Origin: Pyrinomonadaceae bacterium
GTDB taxonomy: Bacteria; Acidobacteriota; Blastocatellia; Pyrinomonadales; Pyrinomonadaceae
Assembly (NCBI GenBank): GCA_036379655.1
Contig: DASVGG010000130.1
Location: forward strand, 6,272 to 70,271
Length of the DNA: 64,000 nucleotides
Direction: 5' to 3'
In this document: positions 55,673-64,000 of the stretch, one piece after another
How positions within the stretch are numbered: position 1 is the first letter of the stretch
Layout of the letters: every line of letters starts with the position of its first letter
Notes under the pieces: generated by a model
What the model saw: only the letters and a program-made list of their open reading frames with translations
What the model was told of the DNA's origin: nothing
Database searches by the model: none
Position numbers and translations under genes: made by a program

Positions 55673-56653
55673 TCAGAGTCCGCTGCGGACGATGTCGTGG
55701 AGGCGCAGGAGGCCGACGCTGCGGCCTTCGGCGTCGATGACGGGGAGGACTGCGATCTGCGAGGGGCGGTTCTCCATCAGTTGGAGGGCGGTGTGTGCGA
55801 GCACGTCGGGCGCGACGACGACGGGCTCGCGCGTCATGAAGCCCTCGGCCGTTAAGGCCGCGAGGTCTTCGAGCCGCACGCGCTGCAACGCGCGGCGCAC
55901 GTCGCCGTCCGTCACGATGCCCGCGAGACGCCCGGCGCCGTCGAGCACGTTGACGGCCCCGAGCCCGCCACGGCTGATGGCCTGCACGACTTCCAGCAGC
56001 GACGCACCGACTTCGACCGTCGGATTCGCTTCCCCGCCGTGCATCAAGTCTGAAACCTTAATCGTGAGCCGCTTGCCCAGACGCCCGCCCGGATGGTTGA
56101 GCGCGAAGTCCTCGGGCGTCAGCCTCTTCACGGACATGAGCGTCATCGCCAGCGCGTCGCAGACGGCGAGCGCGACGGTCGTGCTCGTCGTCGGCGCGAG
56201 GTTCAGCGGGCACGCCTCCTTGTCCACGGACGCGTCGAGCACCACGTCCGCGCGCCGCGCGAGCGCGCTCTGCGTGTTGCCGACGACCGCGAGCACCCGC
56301 GCGCGACGATGTTGCAGGTAGGGCAGCAGCTCAAGCAGTTCGGCCGTCTCGCCGCTGTTGCTGACGAAGAGGCACACGTCGCCCTCCGTCACAAGGCCCA
56401 TGCCGCCGTGCAGCGCGTCCGAGGGATGAAGGAAGACGGCGGGCGTGCCGGTGCTCGTCAGCGTGGCGGCGGCCTTCTGCGCGATGTGGCCGGACTTGCC
56501 GACGCCGACCGTGACGACCTTGCCGTGGCACGAGGCGAGCAGCGAGACGGCGCGCTCGACCTCGGCGGGCTCAAGCCGCCCGGCCGTGCAGGCGACGGCC
56601 GCGGCCTCCATGCGCATGATCTCGACGACCTGTTCGTGGTGGGTGCTACTCAT
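55673..56653 (-). CDS. kdsD: KpsF/GutQ-family arabinose-5-phosphate isomerase (SIS + 2 CBS)
   Basis: GVGKSGHIAQKAAATLTSTGTPAVFLHPSDALHG (SIS) and a C-terminal CBS pair. The start is taken at MSSTHHEQ (56653); the longer listed ORF runs into the intergenic hairpin. Confidence 0.85.
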   Translation of the reverse strand: MSSTHHEQVVEIMRMEAAAVACTAGRLEPAEVERAVSLLASCHGKVVTVGVGKSGHIAQKAAATLTSTGTPAVFLHPSDALHGGMGLVTEGDVCLFVSNSGETAELLELLPYLQHRRARVLAVVGNTQSALARRADVVLDASVDKEACPLNLAPTTSTTVALAVCDALAMTLMSVKRLTPEDFALNHPGGRLGKRLTIKVSDLMHGGEANPTVEVGASLLEVVQAISRGGLGAVNVLDGAGRLAGIVTDGDVRRALQRVRLEDLAALTAEGFMTREPVVVAPDVLAHTALQLMENRPSQIAVLPVIDAEGRSVGLLRLHDIVRSGL

Positions 56654-56700
56654 CGGCTCAAGGCGTCGAGGATACGACGAACCCGCCGGGCAGGACAATT

Positions 56701-56796
56701 GCGGAACGCGGATTTCGGATTGCGGATTGTGAGTCTGATTGAAGGACGAGCGATTATCATCTTCCTTTAATCCGCAATCCGAAATCCGCATTCCGC
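56701..56796. repeat. 28-bp stem-loop built from CGGATT words, in a divergent promoter region
   Basis: GCGGAACGCGGATTTCGGATTGCGGATT (56701-56728) pairs with 56769-56796 (27/28) around a 40-nt loop. Confidence 0.9.
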
Positions 56797-56802
56797 ATTC
56801 GG

Positions 56803-56831
56803 TAGACATCGCGGCGGCGTTGTTCTATATT
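56803..56831 (+). promoter_or_regulatory. sigma70-like promoter of the DUF47-pit operon
   Basis: TAGACA (56803-56808), a 17-nt spacer, then TATATT (56826-56831), about 50 nt upstream of ATG 56884. Confidence 0.45.
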
Positions 56832-56883
56832 TCGGCTCTCGATCCAAAACAGCAAGACCAACGGGGCAGGGAGAAATCTGTTC

Positions 56884-57507
56884 ATGGGACGATTCAGCCT
56901 GATTCCGAAAGAGGAGCAGTATTTCCTCCTCTTCCGCCAGATGACCTCGCACATCTACGACGCCGCCAGCAAGCTCGCCGAGATGCTGGCCGGCAATGCG
57001 AGCGAGTTCAAGACCCACCTCGACAGCATCAAGGCCATCGAGCACACCTGCGACGAGCTGACGCACTCCATCTCGAAGAAGCTCAACACCTCCTTCATCA
57101 CCCCGTTCGACCGCGAGGACATCTACATGCTCTCGGGCGCGCTCGACGACATCGTGGACCTCATCGACGACGCGGCCCGCGCCGTCGTCATGTACAACGT
57201 GAGGGAGACGACCGACTTCGCGCGCCAGTTCGGCGACGTGATCCAGCGCATGGCCGTCCAGCTCCACGAGGTCGTCTCGACGCTCGAACGCCCGGCCGGC
57301 ATCGCGCCCCGCCTCGTCGAGATACACCGCCTGGAGAACGAGGGCGACGACCTCTACCACGAGGCCATCGGCGACCTCTTCCAGGGCACGCCCGACGCCA
57401 TCCGCATCATCCGCTGGAAGGACATCTACGACAAACTCGAAGCCGCCGTGGACCGCTGCGAGCAGGCCGCCAACATCATCGAGACCGTCATCATCAAGCA
57501 CGCATAG
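56884..57507 (+). CDS. DUF47 / PhoU-like phosphate-transport accessory protein
   Basis: IEH.CDELTH.I...L..SFITPFDREDI..L...LDDIVD...LE.EGD.L. It sits immediately upstream of a PiT transporter, which is the usual pairing. Confidence 0.8.
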   Translation: MGRFSLIPKEEQYFLLFRQMTSHIYDAASKLAEMLAGNASEFKTHLDSIKAIEHTCDELTHSISKKLNTSFITPFDREDIYMLSGALDDIVDLIDDAARAVVMYNVRETTDFARQFGDVIQRMAVQLHEVVSTLERPAGIAPRLVEIHRLENEGDDLYHEAIGDLFQGTPDAIRIIRWKDIYDKLEAAVDRCEQAANIIETVIIKHA

Positions 57508-57523
57508 GGGAAAGGATGAACGA

Positions 57524-57580
57524 GGAACGCTGAACGCTGAACTGAAAGCTTAATCTCTTCAGTTCATCGTTCAGCGTTCC
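57524..57580. repeat. 23-bp stem-loop, GAACGMTGAAC family
   Basis: GGAACGCTGAACGCTGAACTGAA (57524-57546) pairs with 57558-57580 (22/23) around an 11-nt loop. Confidence 0.9.
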
Positions 57581-57598
57581 TACTTCAGCGTTCCGTAC

Positions 57599-58621
57599 AT
57601 GACTGCCACCATCACCTTCGTCGTCGTCATCATCCTGATCGCGCTGGTGTTCGACTACATCAACGGGTTCCACGACGCGGCCAACTCAATCGCGACGGTC
57701 GTCTCGACGCGCGTGCTCTCGCCCGGCGCGGCGGTCGTGTGGGCGGCCTTCTTCAACTTCATCGCGTTCCTCGTCCTCGGCGAGGCCGTGGCGAAGACCA
57801 TCGGGAAGGACATGGTGGACATCAAGGCGATCCCCGGCGACTGGCAACTCTGGGTGTTGCTGTGCGGGTTGATCGGGGCCATCGCCTGGAACCTGATTAC
57901 GTGGTACTACGGCATCCCGTCGAGTTCTTCGCACGCGCTCGTCGGCGGCTACGCGGGCGCGGCGGTCGCGGCCTCGGGCGTCGGCGTCATCCTCCCCTCG
58001 GGCTGGACGAAGACGCTCATCTTCATCGTCCTCTCCCCCATCATCGGGGCGGCGCTCGGCTTCTTCATCATGGTGGCGGTGATGTGGATTTTCCGCAGTT
58101 GGTCGCCGCACCGCGTGGACAAGTTCTTCCGGCGCGGGCAGCTCGTCTCGGCGGCGCTCTTCAGCCTCGGCCACGGCGGCAACGACGCGCAGAAGACGAT
58201 GGGCATCATCGCGGGCGTGCTCGTCGCCTCGAACCTCGACGCCACGGCGTCCAGTGACATCCCGCTCTGGGTCGTGCTCATCTGCCACGCGGCCATCGGG
58301 TTGGGGACACTCTCGGGCGGTTGGCGCATCGTGAAGACGATGGGCTCGCGCATCACGAAGCTCAAGCCGGTGGGCGGCTTCAGCGCCGAGTCGGCGGCGG
58401 CGGCGGCCATCATCGGCGTCACGTGGGGCGGCATCCCTGTCTCGACGACGCACACCATCACGGGCGCCATCGTCGGCGTCGGCGCGACGCGCCGCCTCTC
58501 GGCCGTCAAGTGGGGCGTGGCCGGCCGCATCGTCTGGGCGTGGGTTCTGACCATCCCGCTCGCGGCGCTCATCTCCGCCATCTCGTTCTACATCTACCGC
58601 GCCGTCGCCGGCCTCTTCTAA
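57599..58621 (+). CDS. inorganic phosphate transporter, PiT (PHO4) family
   Basis: INGFHDAANSIATVVSTRVL, GNDAQKTMGII and PVSTTHTITGAIVGVG motifs, with about 10 TM segments. Confidence 0.9.
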   Translation: MTATITFVVVIILIALVFDYINGFHDAANSIATVVSTRVLSPGAAVVWAAFFNFIAFLVLGEAVAKTIGKDMVDIKAIPGDWQLWVLLCGLIGAIAWNLITWYYGIPSSSSHALVGGYAGAAVAASGVGVILPSGWTKTLIFIVLSPIIGAALGFFIMVAVMWIFRSWSPHRVDKFFRRGQLVSAALFSLGHGGNDAQKTMGIIAGVLVASNLDATASSDIPLWVVLICHAAIGLGTLSGGWRIVKTMGSRITKLKPVGGFSAESAAAAAIIGVTWGGIPVSTTHTITGAIVGVGATRRLSAVKWGVAGRIVWAWVLTIPLAALISAISFYIYRAVAGLF

Positions 58622-58736
58622 CACGCCCCGCCCGGCCCGAAGTTCCAAGGCACGCCCGTTGCGGCGGATACGTCGGGGCGTTTGCGACGCACGCATCCCG
58701 TACGACATGACCTTCAACCGACAGGAGAGGAGCACG

Positions 58737-58937
58737 ATGGCAGAACAGCGCGAGGGCGGCGAGAGCTTCCCCAAGAACGAGTCCACCGGCGAGGGCTCGA
58801 ACTCGGACAACGCGGGCGAGGGCAAGCCGCGCACAGGCGAAGACAACTACGGCGAAGGCTCTACCGAGCCCAACGTCGCCGGCCAGGGCACGGGCCAGAT
58901 CGGCGGCGCGTACGGCGACAGGGAGACGGAACGATGA
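58737..58937 (+). CDS. small acidic Gly/Glu-rich protein (66 aa)
   Basis: A GGAGAGGAG SD lies 5-6 nt upstream of ATG 58737. The composition is low-complexity (MAEQREGGESFPKNESTGEGSNSDNAGEG...). This is a weak call. Confidence 0.4.
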   Translation: MAEQREGGESFPKNESTGEGSNSDNAGEGKPRTGEDNYGEGSTEPNVAGQGTGQIGGAYGDRETER

Positions 58938-58941
58938 AGTA

Positions 58942-59032
58942 GGAACGCTGAACGATGAACTGAAAGACGAAGGCCGGGACTCTCGCGTTGGGAATCCCGG
59001 CCTTCGGTTCTTAGTTCATCGTTCAGCGTTCC
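58942..59032. repeat. nested double hairpin, GAACGMTGAAC family outer stem
   Basis: GGAACGCTGAACGATGAACT (58942-58961) is the reverse complement of 59013-59032. Inner stem: GAAGGCCGGGA (58969-58979) pairs perfectly with TCCCGGCCTTC (58995-59005). Confidence 0.95.
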
Positions 59033-62000
59033 GAGTTCATCGTTTCATCGCGTCGCTCCCAGAAGAAGGGCGGGCGGGGTTTCTGTTCGGGGTAGATTTC
59101 GTCCATGTTGTCGGCGCTGTAGAGGCGGCCGTTCGCCATGACGTAGCGGATTGACTCGGAGTTGCGTATGTCGTCCAGAGGGTTCTTGTCAAGGACGACG
59201 AGGTCCGCGAGCTTGCCCGGCTCAAGCGAGCCGAGGTCGCCGTCGAGCCCGAGATACTGCGCGCCGTAGAGCGTCGCGCACCTCAACGCCTCCAACCGCG
59301 TTAAGCCCCCCTGTTGCAACATCCAGAGTTCCCAGTGCGCGCCCAACCCCTGCAACTGCCCGTGCGCGCCGAGCTGCGCCTTGCCGCCCGCGCGCACCAC
59401 GTCGCGCACGGTTTTCGCCAGCTCGAAGTGGTAGAAGTCGTCGCCCGAAACGTGCATCCGCCGCCGCGCGCGCGGCTCGACGTGCGCGCGCGGCGTGAAG
59501 CGCAGGAGCTTCTGGTTCTCGTAGACGTTCGACTGCTGATACCAGTAGTTCTCGCCCCAGATGCCGCCGTAGCCGACGATGAGCGTCGGCGTGTACTGCG
59601 TCCGACTCTTGGCGAAGAGCATCACGCAGTCCTTGTAGAGCGGCGCGACCGGGACGGCGTGCTCTATCCCTGTGTGGCCGTCGAGAATCATCGACATGTT
59701 GTAGGCCCACGTCGAGCCGCCCTCGGGCACGACCATCATGTTCAGGTCGCGCGCGGCGCGGATGATGCGCTGGCGGTTGTCGCGCCGCAGGTGATTGTAG
59801 CTCTTGACGGAGAAGGCGCCGACCGCCTTCAAACGTTCGAGGTGCGCGCGCGCGTCGTCGTAGGAGTTGATGACGGCCTTCTCCGGGTTCTCCGCGCCGT
59901 AGAGGATGTAGCCGGTCGAGAAGATGCGCGGCCCCGTCATCGCGCCCGATTTGACCAGTTCGGACTGCGCGAAGACGGTCTGCGTCGCGGCCGAAGGGTC
60001 GTGCGTCGTCGTGACGCCGTAGGCGAGGTTGACCCAGTACGGCCACTGCTTCTCGGGGATGATGTCGAGCGTGTCGTAGGACATGTGCGCGTGCACGTCG
60101 ATGAGGCCGGGGATGATGGTCTTACCGGCCACGTCGATGCGCCTCGCGTTGGTGGGGATGTTAACGCGCGCCCCGACCTCCTTGATGCGGTTGTCCTCGA
60201 CGAGCACGGTCCCCTTCTCTATCACCTCGTCGCCGCGCATCGTGACGATGCGTGCGTTGGCGAGCGCGACCAAGCCGCGCGGGCGCGCGGGCTCGAAGTC
60301 GAAGCCGACGACGGTCTTTTGCGGCGCGGGCGCTTTCTCGTCCTTCGCAAGCGAGCGCAGGACGTTGTCGAGCGTCTGCTCGTAGAAGTTCTCGCCCGCC
60401 GTCCACCCGACCGTCTTGCTGTCGGCGGACCACGCGAGCCAGTCGCCGGAGGCCGAAGAGACGGGACGGACGGGCACGCCGGTCTCCGTCGAACTCAGGC
60501 GGACGGTCTTGCCGACTCTGGGGAACGGCGCGACGTAGAGCTTGTGCTGCTCCTTGAAGAAGACCCAGTTGCCGTCGGGCGAGGGCACGATCTCGGTGAC
60601 GTAACTGCCCTCGATGTGGCGGCGCGAGTCGTCGCCGTCGAGCTTGACGCTCGAAAGGTACGTGATGAAGCGCGCGGGCTCGGTCGGCCCGGCGCCGGGG
60701 CCGCCGCCGGCCTCCATGAAGTAGATGCGCTCGCCCGCCGCGTCGAAGCTCAGGACGGGCATGCGCGCGTTGGTGCCACGACTCTGCAAGTCCATCACGT
60801 AGTTGTGGCGCGAGCCGTCCCAGTAGTGAATCTCGAACGTGGAGTCGCTCGCCAAATCCTCTTCGTGGTAGACGCTGCCGCGCCCCTTCAGATAAGCGAT
60901 CTTCGACCCGTCGCGCGAGAAGACGGGGTTGGCGTACTGGTCGCCGACAGTGGTCAGCTTACGCGCGTTGGTGCCGTCCGAGTTGGCGACCCACACGGCG
61001 CCCTTCTCCGCGTCGCTCCAGGTCACGTACGTCAACTGTTTGCCGTCGGAACTTAACGAAGGGGCATATTCGAGGTAGTTCGTTTTGAAGAGTTGACGGG
61101 GCGCCGCGTCGCCCTCCTTCACATAAATCTTCCCGAGCGCGCTGTAGACGACCCGGCCCGCGCCGCGCTGCGCCCAGCGCAGGAGCCGCGCGCGTTCACG
61201 CTCCGGCGCAACCTTGATGGGAGAGCGGACGGCCTCCGTGACCTTCTGCGAGACGTGCGCGGTGAAAGGGATCGGCGTCGCCTTCTTCGACGCCACGTCA
61301 ACGCTGACGAACTTTCCCTGTGCCGTGATGACGATTGACTTGGCGTCGGGCGTCCACGCGTAGCCGGGGTATGTGCCGTAGACGGCCCACGTCTCCTGCT
61401 GGTCGTGCGTGAGGCCGTCGTAGACCGCCCACTCGCGGCCGGTCTCTATCTCGCGCAGGAAGAGCGTGGACTTGAGCCCGACGCGGCGGATGAAGGAGAG
61501 ATACTTGCCGTCGGGCGAGACGGCCGGCCGGACGCTGCCGCCCGCGCCGCGAACGAAGGTCGAGCGTCTACCTTTTTGCGTGTCGTAGCGGTCGATCCAG
61601 TAGATGCTGTCGTAGACGTTCTTGTTGTAGTCGAAAGCGGTGCTCGCGACGAAGTAGACGAAGCGGCCCTTCGTGTCGGCGACGGGCTCGCCGATGTTGG
61701 CTGTCCAGTTCGGCCGCTCGGTCAACTGCACACCCTTGCCGCCGCCGTTGACGTGGTACATCCAAATCTCGCCCGCGCCGATTGAGCGCGTGTCAACGAA
61801 GTGCTTGCGCGTGAGGATGTACTGGCCGTCGGGCGTCCAATCGGGCGTGTTGAGAAGTCGCTGCGTCTCCTTCGTCACCTGCCGTCGGTTCCTGCCTTCG
61901 GCGTCCATCACCCAGATGTTGTCGCCGCCGTCGCGGTCGGAGGTGTACGCGATCCACTTGCCGTCGGGCGAGAAGCGCGGCTGCCACTCCCAGGAGGCGC

Positions 62001-62331
62001 CGCCGAGGAGCAGCTCCGCGCGGCCGCCCGTGACCGGCATGCGGTAGATGTCGCCGAGCAGGTCGAAGACGATGGCGCGGCCGTCGGGCGACACGTCGCA
62101 ACTCATCCAGGTGCCCTCGTCCGTGTCGAACTCGACGGTGGTCGTGGGGCCGTGGTCGCCCTCCACGTCCCAGGGCTCAGGTTTCTTCGCGGCCTCCTGC
62201 AACTGCTCGATCTTCTTCTGCGCGTCTTGCAGTTGCTTCTCCTTGTCCTGCTGGCTCTGCGCGCGGGCGGGCGCGAACGTCGAGAGTGCGACGCAGAGGG
62301 TCAGGAGGAGCACTTGGAATCTTCTGGACAC
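59023..62331 (-). CDS. secreted TolB-like beta-propeller (PD40 repeats) fused to an amidohydrolase-family domain
   Basis: Signal peptide, repeats of the type SPDG..IAY.S.R.G..NIW, and a C-terminal metal-dependent hydrolase (PGLIDVHAHM, HTGIEHA, DLVVLD). Confidence 0.85.
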   Translation of the reverse strand: MSRRFQVLLLTLCVALSTFAPARAQSQQDKEKQLQDAQKKIEQLQEAAKKPEPWDVEGDHGPTTTVEFDTDEGTWMSCDVSPDGRAIVFDLLGDIYRMPVTGGRAELLLGGASWEWQPRFSPDGKWIAYTSDRDGGDNIWVMDAEGRNRRQVTKETQRLLNTPDWTPDGQYILTRKHFVDTRSIGAGEIWMYHVNGGGKGVQLTERPNWTANIGEPVADTKGRFVYFVASTAFDYNKNVYDSIYWIDRYDTQKGRRSTFVRGAGGSVRPAVSPDGKYLSFIRRVGLKSTLFLREIETGREWAVYDGLTHDQQETWAVYGTYPGYAWTPDAKSIVITAQGKFVSVDVASKKATPIPFTAHVSQKVTEAVRSPIKVAPERERARLLRWAQRGAGRVVYSALGKIYVKEGDAAPRQLFKTNYLEYAPSLSSDGKQLTYVTWSDAEKGAVWVANSDGTNARKLTTVGDQYANPVFSRDGSKIAYLKGRGSVYHEEDLASDSTFEIHYWDGSRHNYVMDLQSRGTNARMPVLSFDAAGERIYFMEAGGGPGAGPTEPARFITYLSSVKLDGDDSRRHIEGSYVTEIVPSPDGNWVFFKEQHKLYVAPFPRVGKTVRLSSTETGVPVRPVSSASGDWLAWSADSKTVGWTAGENFYEQTLDNVLRSLAKDEKAPAPQKTVVGFDFEPARPRGLVALANARIVTMRGDEVIEKGTVLVEDNRIKEVGARVNIPTNARRIDVAGKTIIPGLIDVHAHMSYDTLDIIPEKQWPYWVNLAYGVTTTHDPSAATQTVFAQSELVKSGAMTGPRIFSTGYILYGAENPEKAVINSYDDARAHLERLKAVGAFSVKSYNHLRRDNRQRIIRAARDLNMMVVPEGGSTWAYNMSMILDGHTGIEHAVPVAPLYKDCVMLFAKSRTQYTPTLIVGYGGIWGENYWYQQSNVYENQKLLRFTPRAHVEPRARRRMHVSGDDFYHFELAKTVRDVVRAGGKAQLGAHGQLQGLGAHWELWMLQQGGLTRLEALRCATLYGAQYLGLDGDLGSLEPGKLADLVVLDKNPLDDIRNSESIRYVMANGRLYSADNMDEIYPEQKPRPPFFWERRDETMNSER

Positions 62332-62444
62332 AGTTTCACCTCATTCAGGGCGATCCGAATTTAAAGCAGGCTTGTACGTTGAGATGGTTCGGCCGGCTCG
62401 GCGAGCGAGCACTTTGCCGCTTTTGGAATATAGGGAAAGTCGAA

Positions 62445-62517
<73 letters not shown>

Positions 62518-62656
62518 GAACTCAAGTCGGGAGTAAACATAACACGGCCCGCTCATCCTTTCCAGCGAGGGCTATCAACTGGCAAACCTACTCGCGCCGG
62601 TTTATCATCGAAGACACCTGCACTCATCGCAGTAGAAGCAATCGTTTGGAGGGGAC

Positions 62657-64000
62657 ATGCGTAGATTGACTACGGTCGGCCTCGTGCTGACCTTCTTGTT
62701 CGGACAGCTTCCGGCGCCGCTGGCGCAGCAGCCGCGGGGGGCGCGCGTCGCGGCGGGCGCGGCGCCTTCCGCATACTTTGCGCCCGCGCGCGCGGCCGCC
62801 GAGCGCATCACCGCCGAGGGGATGAAGGAGATTCTCTACACCATCGCCTCGGACGAGTACGCGGGGCGCGACACGCCTTCGCCGGGGCAGGACAAGGCCG
62901 CGCAGTTCATCGCCGACCGTCTCAAGAAGCTCAAGGTCAAGCCGGCCGGCGACAAGGGCTCATACTTCCAGCGCATCGCGCTCACCAAGACCGAGGTTGA
63001 CCGCGAGCACTCGACGGCGCAGCTCGGCGACAAGCCCTTCCGCATCGGCATCGACTTCCTCCCCAACGGCCGCGCGAGCGGCGAGACCGAGGCGCCGCTC
63101 GTCTACGCGGGCTACGGCTGGGTCATCAAGTCGAAGAACATCAACCCGTACGAAGGCATCGACCTGCGCGACCGCATCGTCGTCGTCTCCGGCGACGGGG
63201 TGACGCCGCCGCCGGGCGTGACGGCCGCGTCGCTGCGCGCGGGCGACTGGGAGACGCCCATCAGCTACGCGCAGAAGAACGGCGCGCGCGCCATCGTCCT
63301 CGTCCCGCGCAACTTCGACCGGCGCTGGCGCTACGGCGCGTTCCGCATCGCGCAGCCCTCCTACGCCGTGCCGCGCCTCGAAGGCGTCACGACCGATGAC
63401 GAAGAGGAGGAGCAGCAGCCGGCGACGCCCGCGTCGGGGCTGGTCTCGATTATCCCCTCGCGCGCCATGCTCGACGTGCTCTTCGCGGGCGAGCAGTTGG
63501 ACGGCGCGGCCGTGCTCAGGATCGCGCAGGCGCCCGCCGCCGACGAGCAGCCCAAGGCGTTCGCGCTCAACGCGGACAAGCGCCTGCGGCTGAGCGTCAA
63601 GCTCGCGGTGACGGACGCGTACACGCAGAACGTCGTCGGCGTGTTGGAGGGCAAGGACTCGAAGCTCAAGAAGGAGTACGTGGCGCTCGGCGCGCACTAC
63701 GACCACGTGGGCGCGAGCGGCTCGTCGGGCTGCCGCCCCGTCGGGACAGATTCGATCTGCAACGGCGCGGACGACGACGGCTCCGGCACGACCGGTCTGC
63801 TCGCGATGGCCGAGGCGTTCACGAAGGGGCCGCGCCCCAAACGCTCCATCCTCTTCGTCTGGCACACGGGCGAGGAGAAGGGCCTGTGGGGCTCCGACTA
63901 CTTCACGCGCTACCCGACCGTGCCGCTCACACAGGTCGTCGCGCAGCTCAACATCGACATGATCGGGCGGAGCAAGAAGGAGGGCGACCAGAACCCCGCC
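62657..64000 (+). CDS. M28-family metallopeptidase (3' end outside window)
   Basis: This gene is not in the ORF track because it has no stop in the window. My translation from ATG 62657 (GGAGGGG SD) gives MRRLTTVGLVLTFLF...AQQ as a signal peptide, then ...HYDHVG...CNGADDDGSGTTGLLAMAEAF...ILFVWHTGEEKGLWGSDYF...NIDMIG. Confidence 0.8.
   Translation, partial: MRRLTTVGLVLTFLFGQLPAPLAQQPRGARVAAGAAPSAYFAPARAAAERITAEGMKEILYTIASDEYAGRDTPSPGQDKAAQFIADRLKKLKVKPAGDKGSYFQRIALTKTEVDREHSTAQLGDKPFRIGIDFLPNGRASGETEAPLVYAGYGWVIKSKNINPYEGIDLRDRIVVVSGDGVTPPPGVTAASLRAGDWETPISYAQKNGARAIVLVPRNFDRRWRYGAFRIAQPSYAVPRLEGVTTDDEEEEQQPATPASGLVSIIPSRAMLDVLFAGEQLDGAAVLRIAQAPAADEQPKAFALNADKRLRLSVKLAVTDAYTQNVVGVLEGKDSKLKKEYVALGAHYDHVGASGSSGCRPVGTDSICNGADDDGSGTTGLLAMAEAFTKGPRPKRSILFVWHTGEEKGLWGSDYFTRYPTVPLTQVVAQLNIDMIGRSKKEGDQNPA

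Overview
This is a 64-kb window of a very G+C-rich bacterial chromosome. The gene families present (TonB-C, CRTAC1/ASPIC-UnbV, RC-type cytochrome c, TolB-amidohydrolase) look Acidobacteriota-like, but that is only a weak guess. I can support about 57 protein-coding genes (one entering from the left edge, one running off the right edge), 2 tRNAs (Pro-GGG, Arg-CCG) and several terminators and promoter-like boxes. I found no rRNA, CRISPR array, transposase or integrase. Most genes are housekeeping: cysS, tsaD, thiL, hemL, polA, lpxC, kdsD, lepB, rlmB, an aroD-aroE fusion, a pit operon and an aminotransferase. The clearly accessory segment is 41.7-45.6 kb. It holds one very large multidomain gene, now split by a 1-nt frameshift, with the order TIR / 2 WD40 repeats / Roc-COR GTPase / Zn-ribbon / DUF4365-type PD-(D/E)xK nuclease. 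An APH(6)-like kinase follows it, then a MITE-like inverted-repeat element. I rate this ROCO-type TIR+nuclease protein as the best candidate for an undescribed (immune-like) system, with the caveat that this copy looks mosaic and partly decayed. A second signal runs through the whole window: nearly every longer intergenic gap carries a long, often perfect, stem-loop whose arms are tandem repeats of a short word. One sequence family (GAACGMTGAAC) recurs at five loci. The other loci share only the architecture, and they include a 230-bp array with TGCGCA phased every 10-11 bp. Smaller items are a frameshifted low-GC HNH endonuclease next to tRNA-Pro, a low-GC Uma2 endonuclease islet, and two tandem 90-aa paralogs of unknown function. 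All functional calls come from motif recognition in the supplied translations; I could not run any HMM or BLAST search.
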